64,000 nucleotides of DNA from an uncultured Gammaproteobacteria bacterium (GCA_964640635.1 CAZXFD010000001.1:177302-241301), one strand, 5' to 3'. Shown: positions 19,794 through 28,208, numbered from the stretch's first letter. Notes: generated from the letters alone by a model not told the origin. Translations and numbers: made by a program.

Positions 19794-20276
19794 TTGAAAA
19801 TTGAAAATAGTCAAAATTCATCCCGCCAGGGCGGGATAAAAAATGTCTTTATCTGGGGCGCATACGATATTCTCCACGACGGTCATATTAAATTTATAGA
19901 ACATGCTAAGAAATTGGGTGATGTTTATGTTATTCTTGTACCAGATAAAGTAGTAAAAAAATACAAAAAATCTTATTTTAAAGCGAGTATAAGAAAAAAA
20001 CATTTACTAAAAACGGGGTTAGTAAAAAATGTTTTTATAGATGCACTTCCAAATATGAAATGTTTTGATAAAATAGCTCCTGATATATTTGTATTCGGTT
20101 ATGATCAGAACAAAGAATGGAATAACATTTTGAAGAAATATATTTTAGAAAGATTTTCAGATTGTAGGTTTAAAACATTAAAACAATATAGCGAAACACA
20201 TTCAAGTCATCTAAAAAGCAAGATATTATGTTATTGTAGAAGTGGAAAAAAGTTCGTTGATTGTCACGGAAAATAA
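19794..20276 (+). CDS. TagD-like cytidylyltransferase (HxGH nucleotidyltransferase) with a C-terminal SEC-C-like Cys/His motif; start codon ambiguous
   Basis: GAYDILHDGHIKFIEHAKKLGDVYVILV and IFVFGYDQNKEW closely parallel glycerol-3-phosphate cytidylyltransferase. The tail is CYCRSGKKFVDCHG. The only in-frame starts upstream of the KNVFIWG core are TTG 19794 or ATT 19800. Confidence 0.7.
   Translation: MKIENSQNSSRQGGIKNVFIWGAYDILHDGHIKFIEHAKKLGDVYVILVPDKVVKKYKKSYFKASIRKKHLLKTGLVKNVFIDALPNMKCFDKIAPDIFVFGYDQNKEWNNILKKYILERFSDCRFKTLKQYSETHSSHLKSKILCYCRSGKKFVDCHGK
19820..19837. repeat. 18-bp perfect palindrome ATCCCGCCAGGGCGGGAT (copy 1), inside the 5' coding region of the cytidylyltransferase gene
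   Basis: Seen directly. Encodes ...SRQGGI.... GC-rich in an AT-rich context. Confidence 0.8.
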
Positions 20277-20282
20277 TAATTA

Positions 20283-20300
20283 ATCCCGTCATGGCGGGAT
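20283..20300. repeat. 18-bp palindrome ATCCCGTCATGGCGGGAT (copy 2), intergenic, ending 11 nt before the MazG-like ATG
   Basis: Seen directly. Differs from copy 1 by a C-to-T change in the stem and a 1-nt change in the loop (CATGG for CAGGG). Confidence 0.8.
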
Positions 20301-20311
20301 AAGCTAAAAAT

Positions 20312-20671
20312 ATGAAAAAAATTACTACAATTAAAGATGCTCAAAAATTAGTAAAAGAATTTGCAAAGAAAAATAATTGGAAAGATATCCCAAATGTTGA
20401 TAAATTTGACCATATCCACGAAGAACTTATTGAAATGTCACAATACCTAAGATATAAAACGGAGAAGCAGAGAATAAAAGAAATTAAAGTTAATAAACAA
20501 ATTTTTACTGACGGAATAGGGGACTTATTTTTTGCAATTTGTAGGTTAGCAAATCAATTGAATGTTGATATTGAAAGTGCATTTAATATAGTAAGCGGTG
20601 AAATTTTCAAAAAATATGACAACAAAAACAAAGAAATAAACATTTCTTCAAAGAGGAAAAAAATAAAATGA
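20312..20671 (+). CDS. MazG-like nucleotide pyrophosphohydrolase (all-alpha NTP-PPase)
   Basis: HEELIEMSQYL...DGIGDLFFAICRLANQLNVDIESAF matches the MazG/YpjD-type EExxE...D motifs. Confidence 0.65.
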   Translation: MKKITTIKDAQKLVKEFAKKNNWKDIPNVDKFDHIHEELIEMSQYLRYKTEKQRIKEIKVNKQIFTDGIGDLFFAICRLANQLNVDIESAFNIVSGEIFKKYDNKNKEINISSKRKKIK

Positions 20672-21111
20672 TTTCAAGACAGCGACCATGTGCTATTATT
20701 GTTCAAAATGACAAAATATTGCTAATGAAAAGAATTAGAGATAATGAAACTTATTTTACATTTCCAGGTGGTCACGTAGAAGAAAATGAGGACTTGCAAG
20801 CGACTTTAAAAAGAGAAATTAAAGAAGAGTTAAATTTTGATATTAGTAATTTCAAAGAAGTTTTTCGAATTATTCAATTTATCCCGCCAAGGCGGGATGA
20901 ATCAAGAGAAAATATAGAAATTGAAAGTATATTTTATTTAGTATTTGATTTTAAGGGAGAATTACAACTTGGTGGCCCAGAGATTGAAAGAATGAAAACT
21001 GGAAAAAATAATTATTATCCAACGTGGTATAATAAAGTTGAATTTAGTGAACTTGATCCAATTTATCCAGTTGGTATAAAAGAGTTTGTTTTAGATAATC
21101 TACTTAGTTAA
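20668..21111 (+). CDS. NUDIX hydrolase (second copy) carrying an in-frame 6-codon palindromic insert
   Basis: Nudix box PGGHVEENEDLQATLKREIKEELN. Codons IPPRRD are encoded exactly by palindrome copy 3. Confidence 0.7.
   Translation: MISRQRPCAIIVQNDKILLMKRIRDNETYFTFPGGHVEENEDLQATLKREIKEELNFDISNFKEVFRIIQFIPPRRDESRENIEIESIFYLVFDFKGELQLGGPEIERMKTGKNNYYPTWYNKVEFSELDPIYPVGIKEFVLDNLLS
20881..20898. repeat. 18-bp perfect palindrome ATCCCGCCAAGGCGGGAT (copy 3), in-frame inside the Nudix CDS
   Basis: Seen directly. Starts on a codon boundary of the 20668 frame. Confidence 0.8.
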
Positions 21112-21118
21112 AAATTTA

Positions 21119-22327
21119 ATGAGAAAGAATTTTTCTTTGAAAACTATAAAATATATAATTTTATTTACCGCATTGGTAGATGTTCTTGGCATTGGAATCA
21201 TTATTCCAGTTTTACCATTTTATGTTAAATCATTTGGACTCTCTCCAGCTGGAATGACTATTTTATTTTCAGCCTTTTCTTTGTGTTCACTTTTTTCTAC
21301 TCCAATTTTAGGGTCGCTATCAGATAAATATGGAAGAAAAATCATTTTAGCAATAAGTCTTGCTTCAACAAGTCTGGGGTGGTTTGTATTTGCATTTGCG
21401 CCATCTGTTTTGTGGCTTTTTATAGGAAGAGTTATAGATGGACTTGCTGCTGGAAATTTTTCTACAGCGCAGGGAGTTTTATCGGATATTGCAAAAGATG
21501 AAAAACAAAGATCTCAAAATTTTGGACTTATTGGAGCTTTGTTTGGAATGGGGCTTATTATAGGACCAGCACTTGGTGGTCTTCTTATGTCAATATCACA
21601 CAATGCATCATTTATATTTGTTGGAATATTGTCTTTTTTAAATACAATTTTGATGTTGATTTTCTTGCCAGAAACCAATCTAAATAAAAGAAAAGAGGCA
21701 ATAATTAACCTCAATCCATTAAAAGCTATTTTTTATTCTTTCACAAAGTCAAATATAAAGAGTTTGTTTTCTTCATGGTTTGTTTTCCATGTATCAATGG
21801 CAATTTTCCAATCAGTTTTTTCTTTGTATCTATTAGAAATATTTGGATTTAATTCTATAACAATTTCCATGGTTTTGGCAGGGCAAGGAGTAATAATGGT
21901 TATAAATCAAGGATTCTTATTAAAACATTTTTGGCTCAAGAGATTTTCTATTAAAAGCCTGTCTTATTACTTGTATATATTTATAGGATTAGCGACATTA
22001 TGTTTTGCAGTTAAAAATGTATATTTTTTAATTTTAGGAATATTGATTTTGTCGCTTTCTCAGCCAGTTCTAAGAGTGGCCGTTACGAGCGAGGTTATAT
22101 CAAATACAGATGATACAAAAAGAGGAGAGGTGCTTGGAGTTATGGCATCAATTGCAAATTTAGGTATGATTGTTGGACCACTTTTCTCTGGACTTCTATA
22201 TTCAATATCTTTTAGGCTTCCTTTTCTAATTTCCTCGGGGATAATATTTTTGATATTTATTATTATGAGTATTTCTATAGGGAAATACAAAAAGGCAAAT
22301 AAAATATCGGATTGTGTTAATATATAA
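21119..22327 (+). CDS. MFS transporter
   Basis: 12-TM profile with the MFS loop motif GSLSDKYGRKIIL and GRVIDGLAAG. Confidence 0.8.
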   Translation: MRKNFSLKTIKYIILFTALVDVLGIGIIIPVLPFYVKSFGLSPAGMTILFSAFSLCSLFSTPILGSLSDKYGRKIILAISLASTSLGWFVFAFAPSVLWLFIGRVIDGLAAGNFSTAQGVLSDIAKDEKQRSQNFGLIGALFGMGLIIGPALGGLLMSISHNASFIFVGILSFLNTILMLIFLPETNLNKRKEAIINLNPLKAIFYSFTKSNIKSLFSSWFVFHVSMAIFQSVFSLYLLEIFGFNSITISMVLAGQGVIMVINQGFLLKHFWLKRFSIKSLSYYLYIFIGLATLCFAVKNVYFLILGILILSLSQPVLRVAVTSEVISNTDDTKRGEVLGVMASIANLGMIVGPLFSGLLYSISFRLPFLISSGIIFLIFIIMSISIGKYKKANKISDCVNI

Positions 22328-22403
22328 AAGTCTAAGGCATAAAGTCGTAAGGCGTAAGTTTTTTGCCTTTTCACTTTCACCTTTATTTACTAATTTTAAA
22401 ATT

Positions 22404-23024
22404 ATGCAAAAAACAACAAAAAATGTATTATTATTAGCTTTACTATTAATTGGATTAGTAGTTTTGGTGTTTTGTTTACGAAGCTACTTAAAAAAGAGTG
22501 TCACACAACCTCAAAAAATTATTCAAGAAAATCAGGAGTCTGTTGGCATTGCAAATCCTGCGTCAGTATATTGTAAAGATAATGGTGGAAAATCTGAGAT
22601 AAAAAATAATGAAGAGGGACAATATGGTATGTGTGTTTTTCCAGACGGAAGCCAGTGTGATGAATGGAAATTTTTTAGAAAAGAATGTGGCGTTGGAGAT
22701 TCTAACATAAGTCCAGAAAAAGATTTAGAATTAATTACTCAAGCACTAGTTTTAAAGGATGGAATTGATTTAGATCTTGTTGATGTTTCTATAGGTAATA
22801 GAGTAAATAATTTTGTTTCTGGTTCTATTTCGCCAAAAGAAGAGGGTATTGGTGGAGCATATTTTTTCGCAGTAAAAAATAATGGTGTATGGAAAATATT
22901 AGCTAGTGGAAATGGTATTATAAAATGTGAAGACATAAAAGACTATCCAAATTTTCCTATAAACATGATTCCAGCATGCATTTCTAAAAATGGAGAACTA
23001 GAGAGACGAGACTTGCCGTTATAA
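22404..23024 (+). CDS. Secreted/membrane-anchored DUF333-like protein
   Basis: Signal anchor then NPASVYCKDNGG...GMCVFPDGSQCDEWKFFRKEC, the DUF333 putative hemolysin-like Cys pattern. Start set at the internal ATG after a weak hairpin. Confidence 0.5.
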   Translation: MQKTTKNVLLLALLLIGLVVLVFCLRSYLKKSVTQPQKIIQENQESVGIANPASVYCKDNGGKSEIKNNEEGQYGMCVFPDGSQCDEWKFFRKECGVGDSNISPEKDLELITQALVLKDGIDLDLVDVSIGNRVNNFVSGSISPKEEGIGGAYFFAVKNNGVWKILASGNGIIKCEDIKDYPNFPINMIPACISKNGELERRDLPL

Positions 23025-23088
23025 GTTTTTAGGTAAAAAAGAAAAGAGTGATCATAGACCACTCTTTTTAGTTTTCCGTATTTCTTTA

Positions 23089-23472
23089 TTATATGTTTGG
23101 GAACACGGGGGATATATCTTCTTGTAGAAGTTGTCTTATGATAATTCCCGAGATCTCACTATATTCTTTTTTAATTTGTGAAATGGCATCTAATAAGTCG
23201 TATGCCATAATAGTTTTTTCTTCTTTGGTGCCGAGTATTTTGTAAACAAAGGCACGCAGCGGGTTAATTAGACCTTGAACATCTTCTGGAAGGACGCGTT
23301 TGCATCGAACTGCGTCTCTATCCGGTACATTTGAATGTTTGGAATTTTCCAATCCTTCAAAATACTTGTCAATTGCATTTTTCTCGTTTTCTGCTTCGAT
23401 GTATCCGGCACTGGGCTTTGGTCCGTCACAATTAAACCAGCATGCCCATAAAATAAGTTGTTTTTGACACAT
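23089..23472 (-). CDS. Hypothetical cytoplasmic protein (Cys-containing N-terminus CWFNCDG)
   Basis: Strong Shine-Dalgarno GGGAGGAAAA immediately upstream on the minus strand. No family recognised. Confidence 0.5.
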   Translation of the reverse strand: MCQKQLILWACWFNCDGPKPSAGYIEAENEKNAIDKYFEGLENSKHSNVPDRDAVRCKRVLPEDVQGLINPLRAFVYKILGTKEEKTIMAYDLLDAISQIKKEYSEISGIIIRQLLQEDISPVFPNI

Positions 23473-23550
23473 TTTTCCTCCCTTATTTCTCTTTATGAGA
23501 ATTTATATATTAATATATCATATATATTACTATTTGTCAAATATGCCATA

Positions 23551-23579
23551 TTGACACTTTTTATATATCTGCTATACTT
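23551..23579 (+). promoter_or_regulatory. Sigma-70-like promoter of the rplJL operon (TTGACA, 17 nt spacer, TATACT)
   Basis: ttgacactttttatatatctgcTATACT lies about 200 nt upstream of rplJ. Confidence 0.55.
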
Positions 23580-23666
23580 ATTTCGTAATCCACAGACAGC
23601 GAGCGTCGACTGAAAACGGCTTAATTTCTCGCCAAGGATAAAAGATTATTTTTTAGTCTATTATTT

Positions 23667-23693
23667 CTGCGGATAACGCAGTTTTTTTATTTT
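23667..23693 (+). promoter_or_regulatory. L10 leader attenuator-like hairpin plus U-tract
   Basis: CTGCG-gataa-CGCAG followed by TTTTTTTATTTT, inside the long rplJ 5' leader. Confidence 0.45.
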
Positions 23694-23782
23694 AGTATAA
23701 AGTTAAATATCGCGAGATTATAAAGAAAAAACCAACTTTATATACTTTCGACTTTAGACTTTTTAACTTTTAACTTAACATT

Positions 23783-24301
23783 ATGGCTAAGACAAAATTA
23801 CAAAAGCAAGAAGCATTAAGAAATATACAACGTGGATTTGAGAATTCAAAGCTCGTTGTTTTGACATCTTATACAAAGATGCCAGTTTCAGATGTTTCTG
23901 ATTTAAGAAGAAGATTAAACAAGGAAAATGTATCTCTTGCAACTATAAAAAAGACATTATTAAAAAAAGCAATGACAGACATTGTTGATGAAAATGATCT
24001 TGTAGAAGCAGGAAATCTTTCTCTTGCTTATGGAAAAGATGAGACAACTGCTGCAAAAGTTCTTTCAGCTTTCGTGAAGGATCATGAAAATTTGAAGATT
24101 TTGGGTGGTTGGCTTGAAAATCAGTTTTTAACAAAAGAAAAGGTGAGTGCGCTTGCAATGCTTTTAAGCAAAGAAGAGACACTTGCAAAGTTGTGTGGTA
24201 CATTAAATGGTCCTTTAAATGCGTTTGCTCGTGTTTTAAGTGGTAACACAAGGGGACTTGTAAATGTATTAAGTGCTATAAAGGATCAAAAGTCTAATTA
24301 A
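23783..24301 (+). CDS. rplJ: 50S ribosomal protein L10
   Basis: L10 N-terminal sequence MAKTKLQKQEALRNIQRGFENSKLVVLTSYTKM... Confidence 0.9.
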   Translation: MAKTKLQKQEALRNIQRGFENSKLVVLTSYTKMPVSDVSDLRRRLNKENVSLATIKKTLLKKAMTDIVDENDLVEAGNLSLAYGKDETTAAKVLSAFVKDHENLKILGGWLENQFLTKEKVSALAMLLSKEETLAKLCGTLNGPLNAFARVLSGNTRGLVNVLSAIKDQKSN

Positions 24302-24336
24302 TAATAATAGGTATTAGTTGTTAGTAGTTAGTATTT

Positions 24337-24378
24337 AGAAAATAAATACTAAACACTAAAAACTAAACACTAAAAACT
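24337..24378 (+). repeat. Tandem G-free repeat (ACTAAACACTAAAA)x2.5 forming the rplL 5' leader
   Basis: Seen directly. Similar CTAAA-rich leaders precede ftsE, mraZ, dnaJ and rpmA. Confidence 0.7.
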
Positions 24379-24384
24379 AAACAT

Positions 24385-24786
24385 ATGACAGAAAAAAAAG
24401 ACGTAATTGTGCCAGAAAAATTTCAATCAATAGTTTCAGAGATTGAAAAGATGTCCGTATTAGACCTTTCAGAATTGGTTTCAATTTTGGAAGAAAAATT
24501 TGGAGTAAGCGCAGCAGCTCCAATGATGATGGGTGCTATGCCAGCAGCAGCTGGGGCAGCTGAGATTGAAGAAAAATCATCATTCGATGTTGAACTTACT
24601 GATTGTGGCGCAAGCAAAATCAATGTTATTAAGGCAATAAGAGAAATTACTCAACTTGGTCTTAAAGAAGCAAAAGATATTGCTGACGGAGCACCAATGA
24701 TGGTTTTAGAAGCTGCTGACAAAGCAAAGGCAGAAGATGCAAAAAAGAAGATAGAAGAAGCTGGTGGAAAAGTTACATTAAAATAA
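24385..24786 (+). CDS. rplL: 50S ribosomal protein L7/L12
   Basis: Ala-rich hinge and the C-terminal domain [21 protein letters not shown]...KVTLK. Confidence 0.9.
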   Translation: MTEKKDVIVPEKFQSIVSEIEKMSVLDLSELVSILEEKFGVSAAAPMMMGAMPAAAGAAEIEEKSSFDVELTDCGASKINVIKAIREITQLGLKEAKDIADGAPMMVLEAADKAKAEDAKKKIEEAGGKVTLK

Positions 24787-24894
24787 TCCCCCACTCATAA
24801 AAAGAATAGATATATAAAAACACAGCTCTTAACGGAGCTGTGTTTTGTGATATTTAAATTTATTTTTCTAGATGAATTTTTATGAGTGGGGGAT
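24786..24894. repeat. 109-bp element bounded by perfect 18-bp inverted repeats (ATCCCCCACTCATAAAAA and its reverse complement) and enclosing the rplL terminator
   Basis: Seen directly. The right repeat ends on the stop codon of the minus-strand 748-aa gene. Confidence 0.55.
24820..24848. terminator. Bidirectional intrinsic terminator after rplL
   Basis: ACACAGCTC-ttaacg-GAGCTGTGT then TTTGTG, with an A-run upstream. Confidence 0.7.
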
Positions 24895-27140
24895 TATTTT
24901 ACTTCTACAACTTTATTTTCAGACTGCAAATAAATAGTTTTACTTGCACCATCTACAATAAAGTTGTTGAGAGTATTTAATGTTGGAAAATAATATTGTT
25001 TGATGAGTTCTCCTTTTTTGTTTATTATTATGATTCTCTTTGTTTGTGAGTCTAATAAGTATATTTCAGTTATTGTTTTATCTGTATAAATTTTATCAAT
25101 AGATTTTATTATAGGATTAATTGTCTTTAGCTCAAATGCTTTTTGTTTTCCCATATAAAACATTTTTATCGTGCCGTCGTTAAATCCTAGATAAATATTG
25201 CTATCTATTGCAATTGAAAGAGCATTTTTTATATCAGTGCCATCTTGTATCCAAGCTTCTCCTTTATCAAGAGATGAGGTTTTGATGGTGTGTTTGTATA
25301 TTTGATTGCTTTCGGGATCTAATATATATATTTTATCATTATAGCTTACTGCCCCGATAGATTTTTTATAATTTGGATGATAGCTAATGTCAAATTTATT
25401 TATAGTTCCATCCTCTAAATTTATGGCATCGACTTTATTATTCGTGTCTAACCCATAAACAAAATTATTGTATTTTTCAAATATATTTACGTTACTGTAT
25501 ATTGATTCTTTGCCTATTAATTCTTTTTTGTTGTCTTTTATGCTGTATTTTTCTATATCTTTTGATTCTTTTCCAAGTCCTACAATATAATCGTTGAATT
25601 TTATTATTTTTTCAGGATAAAATGCAAATTCTGTTGTAATTTTTGGCTCTTTTATAGAGTTTATGTTCCATACTTTATTTAGTGTATCTGTAAAATTATT
25701 AAGTATTTCGTCATATTTTTTCTTTTGTTCATCTGTTTTTTGAGGAAGTTCATTAATAAGGTCTGATATTTCTTTGAGTTTTTCATTGGCAAGTTTTTCA
25801 TCTTTATAAATAGATAATAAATCATATTCTGTTTTTTTGTCATCTATAGTGCCTAGTATTTTTTCATAAGCTTGTTTTTTCGCAGAGGCTTGTTTTTTGT
25901 AGTTCATTATTAGAACGTTAGCAGTGAATCCCAGAAGTATTATTATTCCACTGATAAGAAGTATTCTTTTTTTGTTTATTTTTTTTCTTGGTTTACCTTC
26001 TATTATTCCATTTGTATGTAGCGATATTGTATTTTCAGATTTTTTGTGTATGAGTATTTTTTTGATTAGTTTTGCTATATATAAAAATGGACTAAAAATA
26101 TTTTTTAATAACTTTTTTTTGTTTATTTTTTTTCTTTTTTCTAGTACATCTTTTTTTTCTATGGTTTTAAAAGGTGTTTCTATTTTGTCATCTAGGGAAC
26201 TTTTTCCTTTTGTAAGAATGTCTTTTGTTTTTTGTTGTATGTTCAAAAGTTCATCAATAGAGTTTTTGGAAGAAGAATAACCATATGTTTCTTTTGTTTT
26301 TATTTCTGCAGTATCAACGTTTTCTTGTATAATCTCTTTTTCTTCTGAATTTTCTTCTTCTGGTTTTTTAATTTTTGCATCATTTTGAGAATTTTCTAGA
26401 TCTTTGTTGGTGTTAGACTCTTCGGTAGCTTCTATTTTTATAGAAGAATCTTCTTCTGTTTTTTGATTTTCTTCGTAGGGGGTTAATTTTATAGAGACGC
26501 TACAGAAACTTCGATTTTCAATTTTAAATAAGATTTCTTTTAATTTTATATTTATTCCAGATGGGTCATTGTCTAAAGCTATTTTTTCAAGAGATTTTTT
26601 TGATACATAATCAAAAATAGAATTACTTGCAAATAGTAGTGTTTGTTTGGTTTCAATGTTTCCGCTTAGAATATTTGTAAAGATTCTATCTACAGAAGGT
26701 TTTTCTATGTCATTGTTTTCTAGATAATCAAAAACATTTATAAGTTCGTTTCCATTAGCAACCCAGGCAGACACATTTCCCACTGGAGAGAAATAAGTTT
26801 CTTGTTTGTAGATAATAGCTATTATGGCATTAAATTTTTTAAGCCAAGCATTGTCTACTTTTGTAAGCAGAGGAAGATTTTCATTACTTTCTTCTAGAAT
26901 ATTTTCAAGTATCGTTTCTTGATCTATTATAGACGATCCATAATAGAGTTGATGAATTTTTTGTATCAAAAGATTGCCAAGCTCCTTTACGTTGTCGGTT
27001 TCTTCTGGAAAATCTAGCATTATAATAAGTTTACCCTTGTCTTTTTGTCCTTTGTTTGGTGAGCCTGTATATATAAAGGCATTGTTCGGTTTTTGTAGAG
27101 AATTGATGAGTAATTTATTTGTTTTAAGTATATACTTCAT
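24894..27140 (-). CDS. Large hypothetical membrane protein
   Basis: Roughly 390-aa cytoplasmic N-terminal part with a Lys/Glu-rich linker, one TM helix, and a C-terminal region with repeated beta-strand-like motifs (YILDPESNQIY, IYLLDSQTKRI) suggestive of a beta-propeller. Long ORF with coherent composition and no recognisable enzyme motifs. Confidence 0.5.
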   Translation of the reverse strand: MKYILKTNKLLINSLQKPNNAFIYTGSPNKGQKDKGKLIIMLDFPEETDNVKELGNLLIQKIHQLYYGSSIIDQETILENILEESNENLPLLTKVDNAWLKKFNAIIAIIYKQETYFSPVGNVSAWVANGNELINVFDYLENNDIEKPSVDRIFTNILSGNIETKQTLLFASNSIFDYVSKKSLEKIALDNDPSGINIKLKEILFKIENRSFCSVSIKLTPYEENQKTEEDSSIKIEATEESNTNKDLENSQNDAKIKKPEEENSEEKEIIQENVDTAEIKTKETYGYSSSKNSIDELLNIQQKTKDILTKGKSSLDDKIETPFKTIEKKDVLEKRKKINKKKLLKNIFSPFLYIAKLIKKILIHKKSENTISLHTNGIIEGKPRKKINKKRILLISGIIILLGFTANVLIMNYKKQASAKKQAYEKILGTIDDKKTEYDLLSIYKDEKLANEKLKEISDLINELPQKTDEQKKKYDEILNNFTDTLNKVWNINSIKEPKITTEFAFYPEKIIKFNDYIVGLGKESKDIEKYSIKDNKKELIGKESIYSNVNIFEKYNNFVYGLDTNNKVDAINLEDGTINKFDISYHPNYKKSIGAVSYNDKIYILDPESNQIYKHTIKTSSLDKGEAWIQDGTDIKNALSIAIDSNIYLGFNDGTIKMFYMGKQKAFELKTINPIIKSIDKIYTDKTITEIYLLDSQTKRIIIINKKGELIKQYYFPTLNTLNNFIVDGASKTIYLQSENKVVEVK

Positions 27141-27234
27141 AATAAAAAATACACTTGTCTGTTAGCTAAAAATATTATACTATAAATATAAGAATTTGGG
27201 AACTATAATTTGATATACACAACAAAAAAAGATT

Positions 27235-27804
27235 ATGTTAGAACAATTATTTGGGTCAAGAACAAGAACAAAAATTTTACGTTTATTTTTTACAAAATCA
27301 AATAGCAGGTTTTTTGTTAGAGAAATTACTAGATTTATCAATGAAAGAATAAATTCAGTAAGAGTAGAGCTTGATAATTTACAAAAAATAGGTTTGATAA
27401 AATCAGAGACAGTGGATAATAAGAGGTATTATTTCTTGAATACAAAATTTGTTTTATTGAACGAATTAAAAGAGTTAATTATTAAATCTCGTTTTCTTAT
27501 TGAGAAAAGCTATATAGAAAAATTCAAAAAGTTATCGGGTATTAAATATTTGGCTTTAACAGGATATTTCATAGATTCTAAAGATGAGACCCTTACAGAT
27601 GTTTTGATTATTGGAAATATATCAAAAGAGAAAATAGAGAAAATAATTATAGAGATGTCTGATGAGTTTATGATTGAATTAAATTATACCATTATGACTA
27701 AGTCAGAGTTTGAGTATAGAAAAAATATGACAGACAAGTTTTTGTATAATATTTTGAAAAATAAGAAAATAGTTGTAATAGATAAGCTTGGTATAGACAT
27801 TTAA
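27235..27804 (+). CDS. Winged-helix transcriptional regulator-like protein
   Basis: N-terminal SRTRTKILRLF...VREITRFI resembles an ArsR/MarR-type HTH. C-terminal domain unassigned. Confidence 0.4.
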   Translation: MLEQLFGSRTRTKILRLFFTKSNSRFFVREITRFINERINSVRVELDNLQKIGLIKSETVDNKRYYFLNTKFVLLNELKELIIKSRFLIEKSYIEKFKKLSGIKYLALTGYFIDSKDETLTDVLIIGNISKEKIEKIIIEMSDEFMIELNYTIMTKSEFEYRKNMTDKFLYNILKNKKIVVIDKLGIDI

Positions 27805-27806
27805 TT

Positions 27807-28208
27807 ATGATTTTATATATCAATACAACAGAAAGAGACTTTATCAAATTCGCTCTTATAGATAATAAGGGTGAAGTTTTTTTATTCTCTAAGAACGTAG
27901 GAAACAAACAATCTGAAAATATGATATTTCTATTAAATAAATTTTTAAAATCTAAAAGAATAAAGTTAAATAATATTTCAAAAATTGTTGTAAATCGTGG
28001 ACCAGGGTCTTTCACCTCCGTTAGAGTTGGTGTTGTTTTGGCAAATACATTGTCATATTCTCTAAAGATCCCAGTTTTGGGAATTGATAATTTTATCCCA
28101 GAGAAAAAAGAGGATTATTTAGAGCTTTTAAAACAGGCTCCAAAAGAAGAATTTATAAAACCATTTTATTATAAAGAAGCGAACATAACCAAGTCAAATG
28201 TCAAATAA
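27807..28208 (+). CDS. tsaB: tRNA t6A biosynthesis protein TsaB (YeaZ), short form
   Basis: Motif VVNRGPGSFTSVRVGVVLANTLS (GPGSFTG-RxG). Confidence 0.7.
   Translation: MILYINTTERDFIKFALIDNKGEVFLFSKNVGNKQSENMIFLLNKFLKSKRIKLNNISKIVVNRGPGSFTSVRVGVVLANTLSYSLKIPVLGIDNFIPEKKEDYLELLKQAPKEEFIKPFYYKEANITKSNVK

Noticed and set aside
19843-19845. ATG just after palindrome copy 1 as the start of the cytidylyltransferase gene
   Set aside because: It is in the -1 frame relative to the conserved KNVFIWGAYDILHDGH core and terminates after 19 codons. Changing the upstream A-run length cannot bring it into frame.
22328-22403. Hairpin AAGGC-gtaagtttttt-GCCTT as a terminator after the MFS gene
   Set aside because: The stem is only 5 bp with an 11-nt loop, and the U-tract sits inside the loop rather than after the stem. 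Too weak to call.
24337-24378. Possible CRISPR array suggested by the tandem ACTAAACACTAAAA repeats
   Set aside because: There are only 2.5 copies of a 14-nt unit with no unique spacers, and the repeat forms the rplL 5' leader. No cas genes or repeat-spacer architecture occur anywhere in the window.
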